DNA of 64,000 nt from Hormiphora californensis (taxonomy: Eukaryota; Animalia; Ctenophora), in contig CM035352.1 in the NCBI GenBank assembly GCA_020137815.1, positions 620,001 to 684,000 on the forward strand. Reading direction: 5' to 3'. A program made the position numbers and the translations under genes. Shown here in pieces: positions 44,933-58,454 of this stretch (position 1 is the stretch's first letter; every line of letters starts with the position of its first letter). The notes beneath the pieces were generated by a model, which made no database searches, was not told the origin of the DNA, and worked only from the letters and a program-made list of their open reading frames with translations.

Positions 44933-45671
44933 ATGCGTCTCTTCCTTGTAGTTGCCCTACTGCTCTCTTCTGTGCAAGGTATTTCCGCCCTGGAGATAGT
45001 GTGGTTGGTACAGTGTGTGATATGTAGAGAGAGAGAGAGAGAGAGAGAGAGATTGGTGTAGACAGAGTCTTAACCGATCTAGATGGGTGAGAGAGAACTG
45101 TAGGAAGTGAGATAAAGAGAGAGAGAGGCGGGAAGGAGATGGAGAGCAAAAGAGGACGTATAAGCCCAATACGCGTACAAAGAGAAACACGGATCAGTTC
45201 TATAGTACAATCGGATGGGTATTGGTATACCACTGTTGTACACGTCTGCCACATGGAGTAGGCAGCTTCTGCTAAAGTTGAGACTGGGGCCCCTTTGTTT
45301 TCCCCATTCCCCCCTTTGTTTGGCTATTGTTCCTCGCTCCCTCCCGCTATTTTTCCAAGCACATCCAAATGTTCTACTTCCTCTCTGTCTATCCTCTCCC
45401 CTACCTCCAACTCAGAAGAACCATGGAAGAAGAGTGTACACTTTGTTTGTTTAGGCCCATTACCACCCCTTCTCGAAAGTAGAGAGTGGGAGAGAAAGTG
45501 AGGGAGAGAGAGCGAGAAAGAGAGAGAGAGTGTGTACTGTGTGACAAAGAGAGCTAGATTAATTCCCCCTTTCCCCGCCCACACGGCCTTCTGACTAGCT
45601 GCTGTGGAGTGTGGCTTGTGTACACAATGCCGAACAGTTTATGGAGCGATGGAAGAGAGAAAGTGAATAAT

Positions 45672-45720
<49 letters not shown>

Positions 45721-48700
45721 ACAACGTGAGAGAGAGAGAGAAAGAGAGAAAACAATGAGAGAGAGCTGGTGATCATGGTTAAAATAAACAAACACCCCAG
45801 GAACAGCATCGCCCAATGAAATACCCCCACTCGATCGGGCTGCAGTGCAGCAGCCTGACGCACACAGTAAGATAGCATGCCATAAAACCAATCAATATAT
45901 CCCTCTCTCTTCTCTGTACATTGCAATACATCTGCAGCAGAATGGAATAGAGAGAGAGGGAGGGACAGAGAGAGAGCTTTGCAAGCAGCACAAAGAACGA
46001 TAATCGGTTGCGCCCTAAATGTCTCTCCCCACTCTCTTTATATCTTCGTGTCTCGGCCAATCAGGCAATAAATGGAAATGTGCATCTTTCAAATGATAAA
46101 TATCGGGAGGGGCTTTGATTGCTCACCTCATATTCACAAGAATATGATCACTACTATTTACATGTTTTGATTCGCCCCTCTCTTATTGATCCAGTGCACA
46201 GGATACGTCCCCCCATTACGCAGCCACCTGACGTCACCCATTTCCCAGTGTTTGTGATGGCGCGCGCACATCTCCCACTATGTAGAAAGCTCCTGTTGCC
46301 AGCATTTACAAGGCGCGCGGGGGTAGGTAAACAAGCCACGAAATGGGGTTCAAATTTCACCCCCTGGACTCGCACTATCACACTGAATGTCATTATCAGC
46401 CACACATGACAGAGAACAACTAGAAATATATCAGCGGACAGCGTAATAACATTAGTTGTGTTTCAGGTGCAGCATGGCCTACCGTAACGATCAGTTCTCC
46501 AACTAGTGGGGTATTACTTATTGGAGAGGGGAGGTCAGAAAGTATAACATTTGAGGTTCAAGGTGAACCATTCCCAAGGATAAGGAAATGGTATAAGAAT
46601 GGAGTGGAGATATCATCCGCTAACAATATTGTGTAAGTAGTGAATATCAAACTGAACATCACCGCTATTTATTCTGTGGCACTAATCATTCTCTCTCTCT
46701 ATAGAATTGATGAGTCGGGTGGAAACCTCCAAAAGTTAAAGTTCAACTCGATAACCCGGGGCAATGAGGGTACATACTATCTAGTCGTGTCAAATGATGT
46801 CACACTTGACTCAACCAAGAGTCCAGAAGTAATCGTTAAAGTGTCATGTAAGTACAACACAATACATTGTCGTGATAATGATATAATGGGTTGAATGTCT
46901 TGATAATGATATAATGGGTTGAATGTCTGATAATGAATCTAATTTCAATCCCTTCTCAGATCTTGATGATACCTGGGACTCCTCTGCACAGATTGTAACA
47001 GCTACCGTCGGTGGATTTGCTGTCCTGGAATGTAGACCTCCCGCACACTTTGGATCTTACATCAAATTCTCGTATGTCAATGTTTCTTTGTTCGACCACT
47101 CAAATAAGAAGTAGAGACTACTTAGTACTTAGAGAGAGGCCCTTGCCTTTTATTTGAGTAGTTACCATGAGCGTGAACCCCTTCTGACTTCTCACCCTCG
47201 ACCCTCTCATTACAATACCCCCCCCCCCCCTCTCAGGTGGAAGAAGAACAACGTTGCGATTGAGGAAAGTGAGAGGTCCTATATCTCCGAGTATGGTAAC
47301 CTTGTGTTACTTCAAGTTGCCACTGATGACTACAGTCCTAATTACCGGTGTACCATTACCATTGACACACTTAGTCAAGGAGACCAAACCAAAGAAGGTA
47401 CTGAGATTAGTTTCTTTATTTTCTCTTTCACAATTTATGTCATCTATGTATTTCAACATGTATGTAATGAAACAAATTGTTCCAAACAATCCCAATTTAT
47501 ACACTTGAAATCTAGTGATCCCTGCTCTGCAGTAGTCCTAACAATCACCCCCCTTCTACAGGAGGCCCTGTCACCCTAAACGTACAACAAGAAACTGTGA
47601 CCTACAAAGTGCCCGAGATAGCGCTCCGCCCTGTTGCACTCACAATCGATGCCCAGATCAAAGAGACATTTCTAGTGGAGTGTGTTGCTAATGGTTACCC
47701 AAATCTCCCCACCATCCGATGGTATAAGGACGGGTCAGCCATTACTAGCAGTGGACCTATCTACGATATACAGACGAGGAATTACATCCGAATTACTAGT
47801 AGGTGTAGGGGGTACATACAGCTTGTGGGGAAACAGGGTCAACTAAGGCAAGTGGTATTAGTAGTGTGGGTAGTATAATATCTTGAGCGTATCTGTTTGA
47901 GTGGTTGTGTGGGTGGGAATGAAATCACGTCATCATGACAACTCTACCATATTGTCCCGCTCAGTCCCCTAACATCCCATAATATCCGCCCAATCCCCCT
48001 AACATCTTATCCCGCTCAGTCCCCTAACATCTTATCCCGCTCAGTCCCCCGGAGTGGAGGTAACGTTGGTGGTTTGTACCGGTGTGATGCTACCGACAAC
48101 AAGGGACAATCAACCTACGCAACTGCCCAAATTGATATCTACACGAAGCCTGTCATTACAACTGGTCTGCCAACCTCAGAAGTCAAGAAATCATCAGGAT
48201 CAGAGCTGTCCCTGGCATGTGCAGCTACATCCAGTCCCAGTTCCTCCTTCAAATGGTACAAATCACTTTGATATCCCTGATAATTCTACCCCCTGATAAT
48301 ATTAGACACATGTCACCACTCGCTAGATCACAGTTTAGGGCTGAATAAGAAACTAACAATGTTTCAGGTATAAGAACGCTGTTCAACTAAAGAATGGGAT
48401 TAACACAAAAGTTGACAATGGAATTCTACTCGTTTCTAATTTAAACACCCTCAATCGTGGTGTATACCAGTGTGAAGCATACAACGATGTCGGTAGGAAG
48501 ATATAACAAGTTCTAATTTCATAACAAGTTCTACTTGTGACAACTTATATTTGTGAAAAGTTCTACTTGTAACTAGTACCATGTACCTTGTCAATGTAGC
48601 ACAATTCTTCTTGTATTGTTACTTGTTAGTTAGCTCCACTAATTGTTCTTACTTCCCTAAACAGGCAGCACAATATCAACTGGAAAGGTAACGGTGCAAG

Positions 48701-51700
48701 AGCGGTTAACCTTCGTTATCCGCCCTGAGGATGTAGAGGTATTCCTGGGTACAGCAGCTACATTTAACTGTATGGGGAAGGGTAACCCTGGTCCCACATC
48801 CCTCCAATGGCAGTTTAACGGTGCCGACCCTCCCTCTACGGTAAGAGATATATCATCGGAGTTGTTTTAGTTTTTCTGCGTGGCATTGAAGCAACGAGGT
48901 TTCTTGTTTTCGATGGTATACAGAGTGGCCTATTTAACTCATCCCTATTATAGCACGAGTACACGAACAAGATCGAGAACCAGGCGACCTACAAGATACC
49001 TAAAGTGACCAGTAGCGATGCGGGCAAGATCAGTTGTGTCATTTCATCCCCGGAGAATCTCTACCCCACTGATGTTGCTACCGCCATTTTAACCAGTAGG
49101 TTTTACCACCAACACACTCAGAACAACCCATTTAGTTTAGCACTCTGTGCGACTATTTGGTACCCTACAACATACACACCCTCTCCCACAGTCCGTCAGG
49201 GACCCCAGGTTATTGCTCACGTGAAAGAGATAACGGTAACAGAGGGTTCCAGTGCTGATCTTGTGTGTAAAGTGGAGAATGCTAACAATGTTGACTGGAA
49301 ATGGCTGTTCAAGGGTACACTCGTTACCCAGCCAGATGATCAAAGGTAGGAGTTTAAACTGTACCTGTACCTTGTATTTACATTTTACACCTATGGGATC
49401 TCCTCCCCCCCCCTCCCGGCACTTCCCAGGATGTTTCACTCACTAACATCCCCCCTCCCCCAGGATCACTATAAGTCCAGGACTACTACAAATACGAAGC
49501 ATGACAGCCGCGGACCAAGGTGTTTACACCTGTCAGGCGGATGAGAATGGTCTGTCTAACCATGATACCATTACCATCACGGTGGAGACTTATCCCAAAG
49601 TGGTGACGGACGAAACTAAACGTATTGGAGAGGGTCTTACTGCTGAGTGAGTCAAAATCAGGAACCAATCAGAACTCGTTATTTAGGTCACGTGACTGGT
49701 TATCAGCCAATCAGGGACCAGTATTTCGGTCCGAAACTAAACGTATTGGAGAGGGTCTTACTGCTGAGTAAGTCTAAATAGGGTAACGAAGTAACCCCTC
49801 CCTTGTCAGCGTGCGAAGGTCGCGACTCTTTAGAGGGGTTGATTTCGTAACCAATGTCAAAGTAGGATTGAGTTGTCTGGATCAGACAAAGAAGGATTGA
49901 GGTTGTCTGGATCAGACAAAGTAGGATTGAGTTGTCAGACAAAGTCATCATATTTTCACCTTTATAACCCAGGTTTATCTAGATGACCAAGTGAGTGTGT
50001 GTGTGTGATTCCAGTGAGATTGAAACGGCAGAGTGTGTGATTCTTTTCCCTCCCTGTGTGATTTAGGGAACAGTTTTGGGGGCCAGGGAAAGTGGATGCA
50101 AGGGTGTTTTATTGGATTTCTCCTTTGAAATGCTGTGATTGAGCATTGCAAACAGCTATTTCGATTACTCTTGAAGCCCCACATCACTTCTTTGCTTCAA
50201 ACAGATAACGATTAAAATACCCCCTAACCCCTCCCTTTTTCCACCAGGTTAACCTGTACGGTGACCAGTAACCCCACTTCAACCATTACTTGGAAGAGGG
50301 AAGGTCAAACGATCCAGGAGACAGATGTATACAAGATCGATAACTCTGTTGCAGGATCCTCAACTCTCTCTGTTGTGGGTGTCTCAAAGGTATGGCAGCT
50401 GATGATGAAACGTTGATTTCAGAGAGAGTGGATTTTCATACACAGTAACAGTAGAATTACGGTGTTTATAATCATCCCATTACTAATTAGTTTACCAATT
50501 ATCCCACTAGTTAGTAATAACCCTGACCATCCATAGACAACCCATGTGGGGAAATACATGTGCTCAGCAACCAATAAAGTTGGAACTGGTACCTCAGAAG
50601 TAGACTTGGTGGTTGTGGCACAGTGCGAGGTAACAAACAAACAAACAAACAAACAAACAAACAAACAAACAAACAAACAAACAAACAAACAAACAAACAA
50701 ACAAACAGACAAACAAACAAAGAAACAAACAAAGAAACAAACAGACAAACAAACAAACAGACAAACAAACAAACAAACAAACAAACAAACAGACAAACAA
50801 ACAAACAAACAAACAAACAGACAAACAAATAAATAAACAAACAAACAAACAAACAAACAAATAAACAAACAAACAAACAAACAAACAAACAAATAAATAA
50901 ACAACAAACAAACAAACAAACAAACAAACAAACGAACAAACAAACAAATAAATGAATAAAAAAAACAAAGAAACAAAGAAACAAACAGACAAACAAATAA
51001 ATAAATAAACAAAAACAAACAAACAAACAAACAAACAAACCACTACTCCCAGGTAATGGATACTCCTAAAGATGCTGTGCTGGACTACGAAGGAGAGACC
51101 TTGTTGACGTGTAGTGTCAATCAGTGTTCCCAAACACCCATCTGGACGTGGAAGAAGGATGGTACTGTCATTGAGTTTGATAACTTTAGATACATCAACA
51201 TGGGACAAGGAACTATCAAGGTTGGTCTCTGCCGAATCAATATAAGTTAACCAATCGGCTGATTAATTCTCTGATTTGGAGTGAAGTGAGATACACGCTA
51301 TCGGGGTCGCATACACTATTACACCAAATTGACCCCTTCTTTGCCAGGTAAAACGTGCTATGCCTACTATGGCGGGAGTGTATACCTGTGAAGTGACTGG
51401 AACCACTATTGACATTCAGACATACTCTGCCACCATTAAAATAGAGGTAAAATAAAGAATATACACATCATGAGATGCCCAATCTGTGAACAGTACGGGC
51501 AGATCTTAATTGGTGTATCCCCCCCCCCCTGTGCACTGAACCTGAAGTGTACAACAATCAATATCCCAACTGCACTGTAAGAACAGACGTACCAATCCAA
51601 CCATCTCTCTCACACACAGGTTAAAGCAAAGATCACCAAATTCGGCTCGTACCCGGAGTATTCTGGCAACCGAGTTCTATATAAGGAGGGTGACTCGGTG

Positions 51701-54700
51701 GAGATGACTTGCGAGGCACGTGGTGACTACTCCATGGCACCGCTTAATATCAACTGGTGAGTCACTGGACCCAATGTTACAGTCACCTGGATTAAGTGAA
51801 CTGTGGATGATATATCATGTCCACCTTCTAACTATACAGAATTATTGACCCCCCGCCTCTCCAGGTACAAATCAGGTGTTCTCCAGTACGCTAGGGAATC
51901 TTCAACCTCCGACACCAAAGAGAAAATAATGTACATGACTGCAGTACTAGGAATAGCCGCTGCTCGTGCAGCAGATGCTGGGCACTACCAGTGTACTGTG
52001 CAGAACAACTATAACGAGGATAAACGGGATACTTCCCTCATGCTAATGAGTACGTGTCCAGAACAATTCAGGAAATTGTGTGACTCAAAGTTATCCTTTG
52101 AGGAAGATTTTCACAGATTTAAATGTAACTACCCAGAGAGTCACTTTCTTTATTTCCCACAGCACAACCAGACCGACCAGGGCAACCCTACGACACGTGG
52201 ATAGGGGCGGGTGCAATGGAGTTGTCATGGGGCGAGCCTGCTAACACGGGGAACACTAACCTGACTAGCTATGAGATCCATATAGAGAGTAATGGGAACA
52301 GTGTCTTCAGACCCTTCATGCAGGGGCTTAGTCCTAACCAGGTCACTCAAGTGATGTACTTCCTTAGTGAGAATCAGGAGTACAAGTAAGTACCCACAGG
52401 ACAAACGTCCCTTACACCCCCCCCCTGAACACAATCAGTTTTTGCTTGACAAAGGGCACTCATTTTCTAATTCCTTTCCCAGATTTAAAGTCATTGCTGC
52501 CAACGTTGTTGGTAAAAGTGAGGCGTCCGATGCCAGCAGTGAGATTCAAACCTTCCGGAATCAGGACAGCCCCACTTTGAACCTGGTCACTGAGTTCTCT
52601 CTTACCACTCTGAACTCTGACTCTATCCGGGTTACTTGGTCGGTAAGTCAGGGTGGACAGCCAGTAACTAATTGTGGTAACTAATGGGAAGATATCAACT
52701 GCAGTGAACTAATCCGGGTTAGATCTACCATCCCCCATTTTACCAGGAGCCCAACCAAAGGACCAACTCACTCCAAGGATTTGTAATTGTCTACCGTAAC
52801 GAAGATAAGCTGGAGGCGCCCCTATTCAACAACACTTTCAAATATGACTATACAGCCAGAACAGTAGTTCTAACGGGGCTTAGTGCTGGATCTAAATACA
52901 GTGTCCAGATCCAGTCGAACACCCAGACAACTACCAACTTGTTGGTCTCTAGTGTCAAGTGGGCTAACACCCTCAATCAACGTATGTTTATATTTGCAGT
53001 TTCAAACGTGGTCCCTAACCTACTTGCATTGTTTCCACATACTGCCGTGTGTAATGGCCCCCAACAACCCATCTCCCTCCATCAGGTCCAAGTGAACCCC
53101 TGGGGTGTGAAGCTGACCGAGAATCCTCATCCTCAATTGTGGTAGCATGGCAGACCCCCCTGGACTCTCATGGCATGATCCTCAGTTACAACCTCTACTA
53201 CAGGCCACGGGGTGATGACGGTGATTTCAAGGTTCTTAACGACCTTGATGCACAGCAAACCACGGTTAGTTGAAGGGTTGTCATGTTAGTAGAAGGGTTG
53301 TCATGTTAGTAGAAGGGTTGTCATGTTAGTAGAAGGGTTGTCATGTTAGTAGAAGGGTTGTCATGTTAGTAGAAGGGTTGTCATGTTAGAAGAAGGGTTG
53401 TCATGTTAGTAGAAGGGTTGTCATGTCAGTAGAAGGGTTGTCATGTTAGTAGAAGGGTTGTCATGTTAGTAGAAGGGTTGTCAATTGTCATGTTAGTAAA
53501 AGGGTTGTCATGTTAGTAAAAGGGTTGTCATGTTAGTAGAAGGGTTGTCATGTTAGTAGAAGGGTTGTCATTTAGTAGAAGGGTTGTCATTTAGTAGAAG
53601 GGTTGTCATTTAGTAGAAGGGCTTTTCAGACACTGTTTTGTGATGAAAAGTGGTTCAGTAGATGTGTTAGAGATAAGCTGCTTGGGAGAAGTCTTCTTTC
53701 AGTATATTTTCATAATAATCAAACTCACTCTCCCCTCCCTCCCAGTATGCCCTAACCCTGATTGACTCCAACTCTGACTATGAAGTTGAGGTTGCTGCCT
53801 CTAACTCAGCCGGGGAGGGAACAAGAGCTGGCTGCGTGGCCATCGGAAAAACAAGTTAGTTTCAATTGGAGTTGTAAACCAATATATAGTTTTAGACAGT
53901 GGCCATATTACTGAAGTTACCAATAATAATCACGCTCTTCAACATACAAGTTATACCAGTTTGCCAATTTAACCCCCCCTCTCTCTCTCTCCCTAGTCAA
54001 CAAGGCTATCTTTGAGGAATGGTGGTTCTATCTGATATTGGCTCTAGTTATCCTCATTCTAGTGGCCGCTATAATACTCTGTGCTCTACTAATTTACAAG
54101 AGAAGATCGAAGGATCCAAGGATTATCAAGATGCCACCGCCTGTACAAAAGAGTAAGTACAGCTCTTCTTCTTCTTCTTAGCAGATGTGATATCTTTATT
54201 ACAAACAAACCGATATCTGAGCTATGAATCTTTCTAATAAAGAATAATAAGCATGACTGGTGCGATCCTTTGTATCTCTCTATCTTGTAACAACAATGCG
54301 ACATGATCTATCTAATCTGTTATTTCTAATGAATACACCCGCCATCTGATTACTGATTTTTGATCCCCCGCATCCCCCGATTTTTAACAGAATCACGGTG
54401 GGTTCGATTTAAGGGTCTTTTCGGCAGTAAAAACAACTATGCACCCGTTCGAAATGGCAACCAAGGTGATTAATAATTATCGTGCATAGATTGCAATGTT
54501 AGCTTCATTTAGTCCAATATGTATGTGGCATAGAGAGTCCATGAAATTATTGTATACTCATGCAATTAGTAGAACACATTGTGGAACGTATTTTTAATTC
54601 GTTTCACATCTTTTCATGTTCTTACACTGTCTTGCTGCTGGGTACCAATTGAACCAAACCTACATGTAGGACTCTTCTTGCTGCGCTGCTGATACCCACC

Positions 54701-56714
54701 CCTTTCCTAAAATCTATAGCTGATACTCTTTGCTGACACACAGACACGCTGACAAACTAGTAGGAGCGTTTAGATCAGTTCCCGCCAAAAGTCGCGTGCC
54801 ACCCTTTTTGCGCATTGTCATAGCTCCTTCATTTCAACTCCAATCAAAAAACGACCTTCAATTTTCGAAAGATCTCGTCGAGATCTACAAAAAACTTGAG
54901 GGTCATTTTGTGATTTGATACAAAGCAAAGGAGTGACAGTAACACCTAAATTTCGGGTGGCGTGCGACTTTTGCACGTGCACACTCTAAGCGCTCCTACT
55001 AAACTGAACTCGGACAAGCTGACCAAATTTCAATCTTTATCCGCCATTTTGACAATGTTTTCTCAGATAACTTTGCGGGTCCTAACGCACACATTATGAG
55101 CCCCAACATGGCTCGTCCGCCAACCTACCCTACTAATACTTTCCATGGAGGTAACTATTACTGGCATTTCTAACAGACTCTTTCAATGTACGAGTTGATT
55201 GTTTCACTATTTTCCAAATACCCCCCGCCCCCCTCCAGGTGCTGCCCCATATTCTCCTCCCAGTAATCCCAACTCATGGGGCGGAGCTGCTGGTTTCATG
55301 ACTCAACCTAAGGTAGAGAAATAGAGAGAGAGAGAGAGATAGGGTGTGAGATTAAATAGAGATATTGTTCACTAGTTTCTGATTTAGGTACTTATTTCAT
55401 CTAATCACCCCCCCCCCCCCCCATTCTATAGAGTCCAGACTTTGGAACAGCGCCCCGTAACGACTGGGTACAACTACAACAAATTCAACACATTCGATAG
55501 CCGTGCGTCCTATAACGACCCTCCTAAATCGCCCTACGACGCGGGACGATTTGACCGGCCAAGTTATGAGGCACCCAAATATGAACCTCCCAAGTCACCC
55601 TATGATGCAGGACGGTTTGAGAACCCCAAGTCCCCTGGAAGTAACTATGGGGGCCGGTATGGTGGGGCTGACCCATATGATAACAATACTGTCGATTCTA
55701 GATATAACCGTAAGTTAGCTAAGTTGTGTGATGTCACTTGTTTCTCTGTACTTTTATAAGTTCACCCCTGATACCCCTCACTAACCTATCTAATCCCCTG
55801 ATACCCCTCACTAACCTAACTACTCCCCTGTTACCCCTCACTAACCTATCTACTCCCCTGTTACCCCTCACTAACCTAACTACTCCCCTGATACCCCTCA
55901 CTAACCTATCTAATCCCCTGATACCCCTCACTAACCTATCTACTCCCCTGATACCCCTCACTAACCTATCTAATCCCATGTTACCCCTCACTAACCTATC
56001 TACTCCCCTGATACCCCTCACTACCCTATCTACTCCCCTGATACCCCTCACTAACCTATCTACTCCCCTGATACCCCTCACTAACCTAACTACTCCCCTG
56101 ATACCCCTCACTAACCTATCTACTCCCCTGATACCCCTCACTATCCTATCTACACCCCTGATACCCCTCACTAACCTATCTACTCCCCTGATACCCCTCA
56201 CTAACCTATCTACTCCCCTGATACCCCTCACTAACCTATCTACTCCCCTGATACCCCTCACTAACCTAACTACTCCCCTGATACCCCTCACTAACCTATC
56301 TACTCCCCTGTTAACCCTCACTAACCTAACTACTCCCCTGATACCCCTCACTAACCTAACTACTCCCCTGATACCCCTCACTAACCTATCTACTCCCCTG
56401 ATACCCCTCACTAACCTATCTACTCCCCTGATACCCCTCACTAACCTATCTACTCCCCTGATACCCCTCACTAACCTATCTACTCCCCTGATACCCCTCA
56501 CTAACCTATCTACTCCCCTGATACCCCTCACTAACCTATCTACTCCCCTGATACCCCTCACTAACCTATCTAATCCCCTGTTACCCCTCACTAACCCATC
56601 TACTCCCCTGTTACCCCTCACTAACCTATCTACTCCCCTGATACAGGAGATCCCTACGGAGCGCCATCCTTTAACGGAGGGGGAGGTGGCGGATTCAAAT
56701 CATCTAAATTATAA
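44933..56714 (+). CDS. Type I Ig-superfamily receptor: signal peptide, 9 Ig, 3 FN3, TM and a Pro/Tyr-rich tail (Dscam/sidekick-like)
   Basis: Exon 44933-44978 (MRLFLVVALLLSSVQG) joins 46467. Repeated C..W..GxYxC Ig motifs run to ~52050 and FN3 repeats span ~52160-53855. The TM exon (~53997-54151) reads WWFYLILALVILILVAAIILCALLI. The last exon (56647-56714) ends FKSSKL*. Confidence 0.88.
50632..51040. repeat. (AAAC)n microsatellite filling an intron
   Basis: Starts directly after GAG|GT and ends just before the acceptor at ~51052. Confidence 0.95.
53266..53620. repeat. 20-bp minisatellite GTTAGTAGAAGGGTTGTCAT
   Basis: About 17 tandem units beginning at the intron donor. Confidence 0.95.
54758..55001. 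mobile_element. ~240-bp MITE in a receptor intron
   Basis: Inverted ends TAGTAGGAGCG..CGCTCCTACTA and subterminal IR CAAAAGTCGCGTGCCACCC / GGGTGGCGTGCGACTTTTG. Confidence 0.7.
55765..56646. repeat. 30-bp minisatellite CCCCTGATACCCCTCACTAACCTATCTACT
   Basis: About 29 units filling the last intron of the Ig receptor. Confidence 0.96.
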
Positions 56715-58384
56715 TAGGAATAATTGTTATCGCTCTATAACAGACATTTTTATACATCGCCCCCCATGACTGTGAAATGTAGCCAAGGAGTGATTTGGAC
56801 AACAACAAGTTTTCAACACAGATATTCGGTGATCTGTTTGAAGGAAGTGACACGTTTGTTTTGAACATGATAAACTGATAGATGATGAGATGATATTATT
56901 ATCGAGAAAGATGAGACAGACACACTTTGTATTATTATATTCATTTTTCGTGTTGTATTTGTTATTGAATTTCTATGATACCTAGCAGGAAGGATTTTCG
57001 TTGAAAGAGAGTGAGAGAGTGAGAGAAAATGAAAGAGTGAGAGAGATGGAGATAGAGGGAGAGTGAGAGAGAAGGTTTGGGATAGAAAGAGAGAGAGAAC
57101 GGGGATTAATTAGTGAGTGCCAGTATAACAGCTGTACTCATTTTTGACAGTTTATTCATTTTAGCGTTTCAAAGATTTAGGACCAGTGAAAATGTGATAG
57201 ACGGTATTATATTAGCCCCAGTCTTCAATGTACTGTTATCAGTGTTTGTGTGTTTTTGTTTGGATAGATGAGCTGTCAGGCCAGTGGTCTGACAGAGTGA
57301 ATGAGTTGTTAGAGTGAAAGTTAAACTGACAAAGTGCACTGTGCATGAAAACAGTCAATGCACTGAGAGGTGTTCTAACGATATTACTAGGGTTGAAGTG
57401 GGATTATTATATGAAAAATAAAAGATTCTTTGCAGCTTATACATGTCGGACAAACATTTATTTTATATACAACACAAGTTACCGCTGTTTTTATTTGACA
57501 GTTTTGGAAGTAGATACTGGATACCTATTGACTCAAATGATATCAATGGGGAGATCATCGTCAGAACAACTAGCCATTCGTTCATCCTTAACGGTACGGG
57601 AGGGTCAAGGGACCGGTCCGGACCGTACCTAAATGGCATCCCTGAGGTGCGGCCAGTGCTGCAGTTTGGGGGCCTGAGTGTCACATGAGTTGTGTGTGAT
57701 GCGCGTTATCGGAGGTCACGTGAGCGCGCACTAATTTGATACCGACAGATTAACTTTCATAAGGTCTGATTGATTTGTCGCCCGATGTCTGGGGTAATCT
57801 GCCAGCAAAAGTGTGTCCGATTTGCCAACCGTGGGAAAATGTACACGCCATTCTCGGTTACAAGCAGCATATGGGGCAAAGTATTAACAGTGACAATGTG
57901 TGTCTGTAGATTTAAAAGTTAAAACTTTGTCTAACATAATGTTTGTCTCTAAAAGCAAATTATGTCAGATTATGTCAACTTATGTATCTGATTAGTGTAG
58001 TATTTGTCCGAGTCCTCTTACTCTTTAGCTGATAAATGGGGGTTAGTAACATCATTACCAATACCAATGATCATGTTAAAGCTACTCTCTGATATAGGTA
58101 TGGTCTACCCAGCACATTTAAACTATCCTCCACACTCTTGTTTCTCTTCCTATTTACCTATCCCTTCCTAGATCTGTCTTTTGTCTGACCGCCTATTACT
58201 CTATAGTTGTTTACTCAATCATTGACTGTTTGTACAGGGAAACCAATTCCTGGTTTTCAGCTAGTGTTTGGTTAACCCTTTATTACTCACAGCTTACCAC
58301 AATATATAATTCTCTCTCTTTTTTTCTCTCTCTTCTCTCTCTCTCTCTCTCTCTCCCTCTCTCTCTCTTTTCTGACTCTCTCTA

Positions 58385-58454
<70 letters not shown>

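Noticed and set aside
56703-56714. C-terminal SKL as a peroxisomal PTS1
   Set aside because: The protein has a signal peptide and a TM helix, so a PDZ ligand is more plausible.
55734-56769. 295-aa and 343-aa repetitive ORFs
   Set aside because: They are translations of the 30-bp intronic minisatellite.
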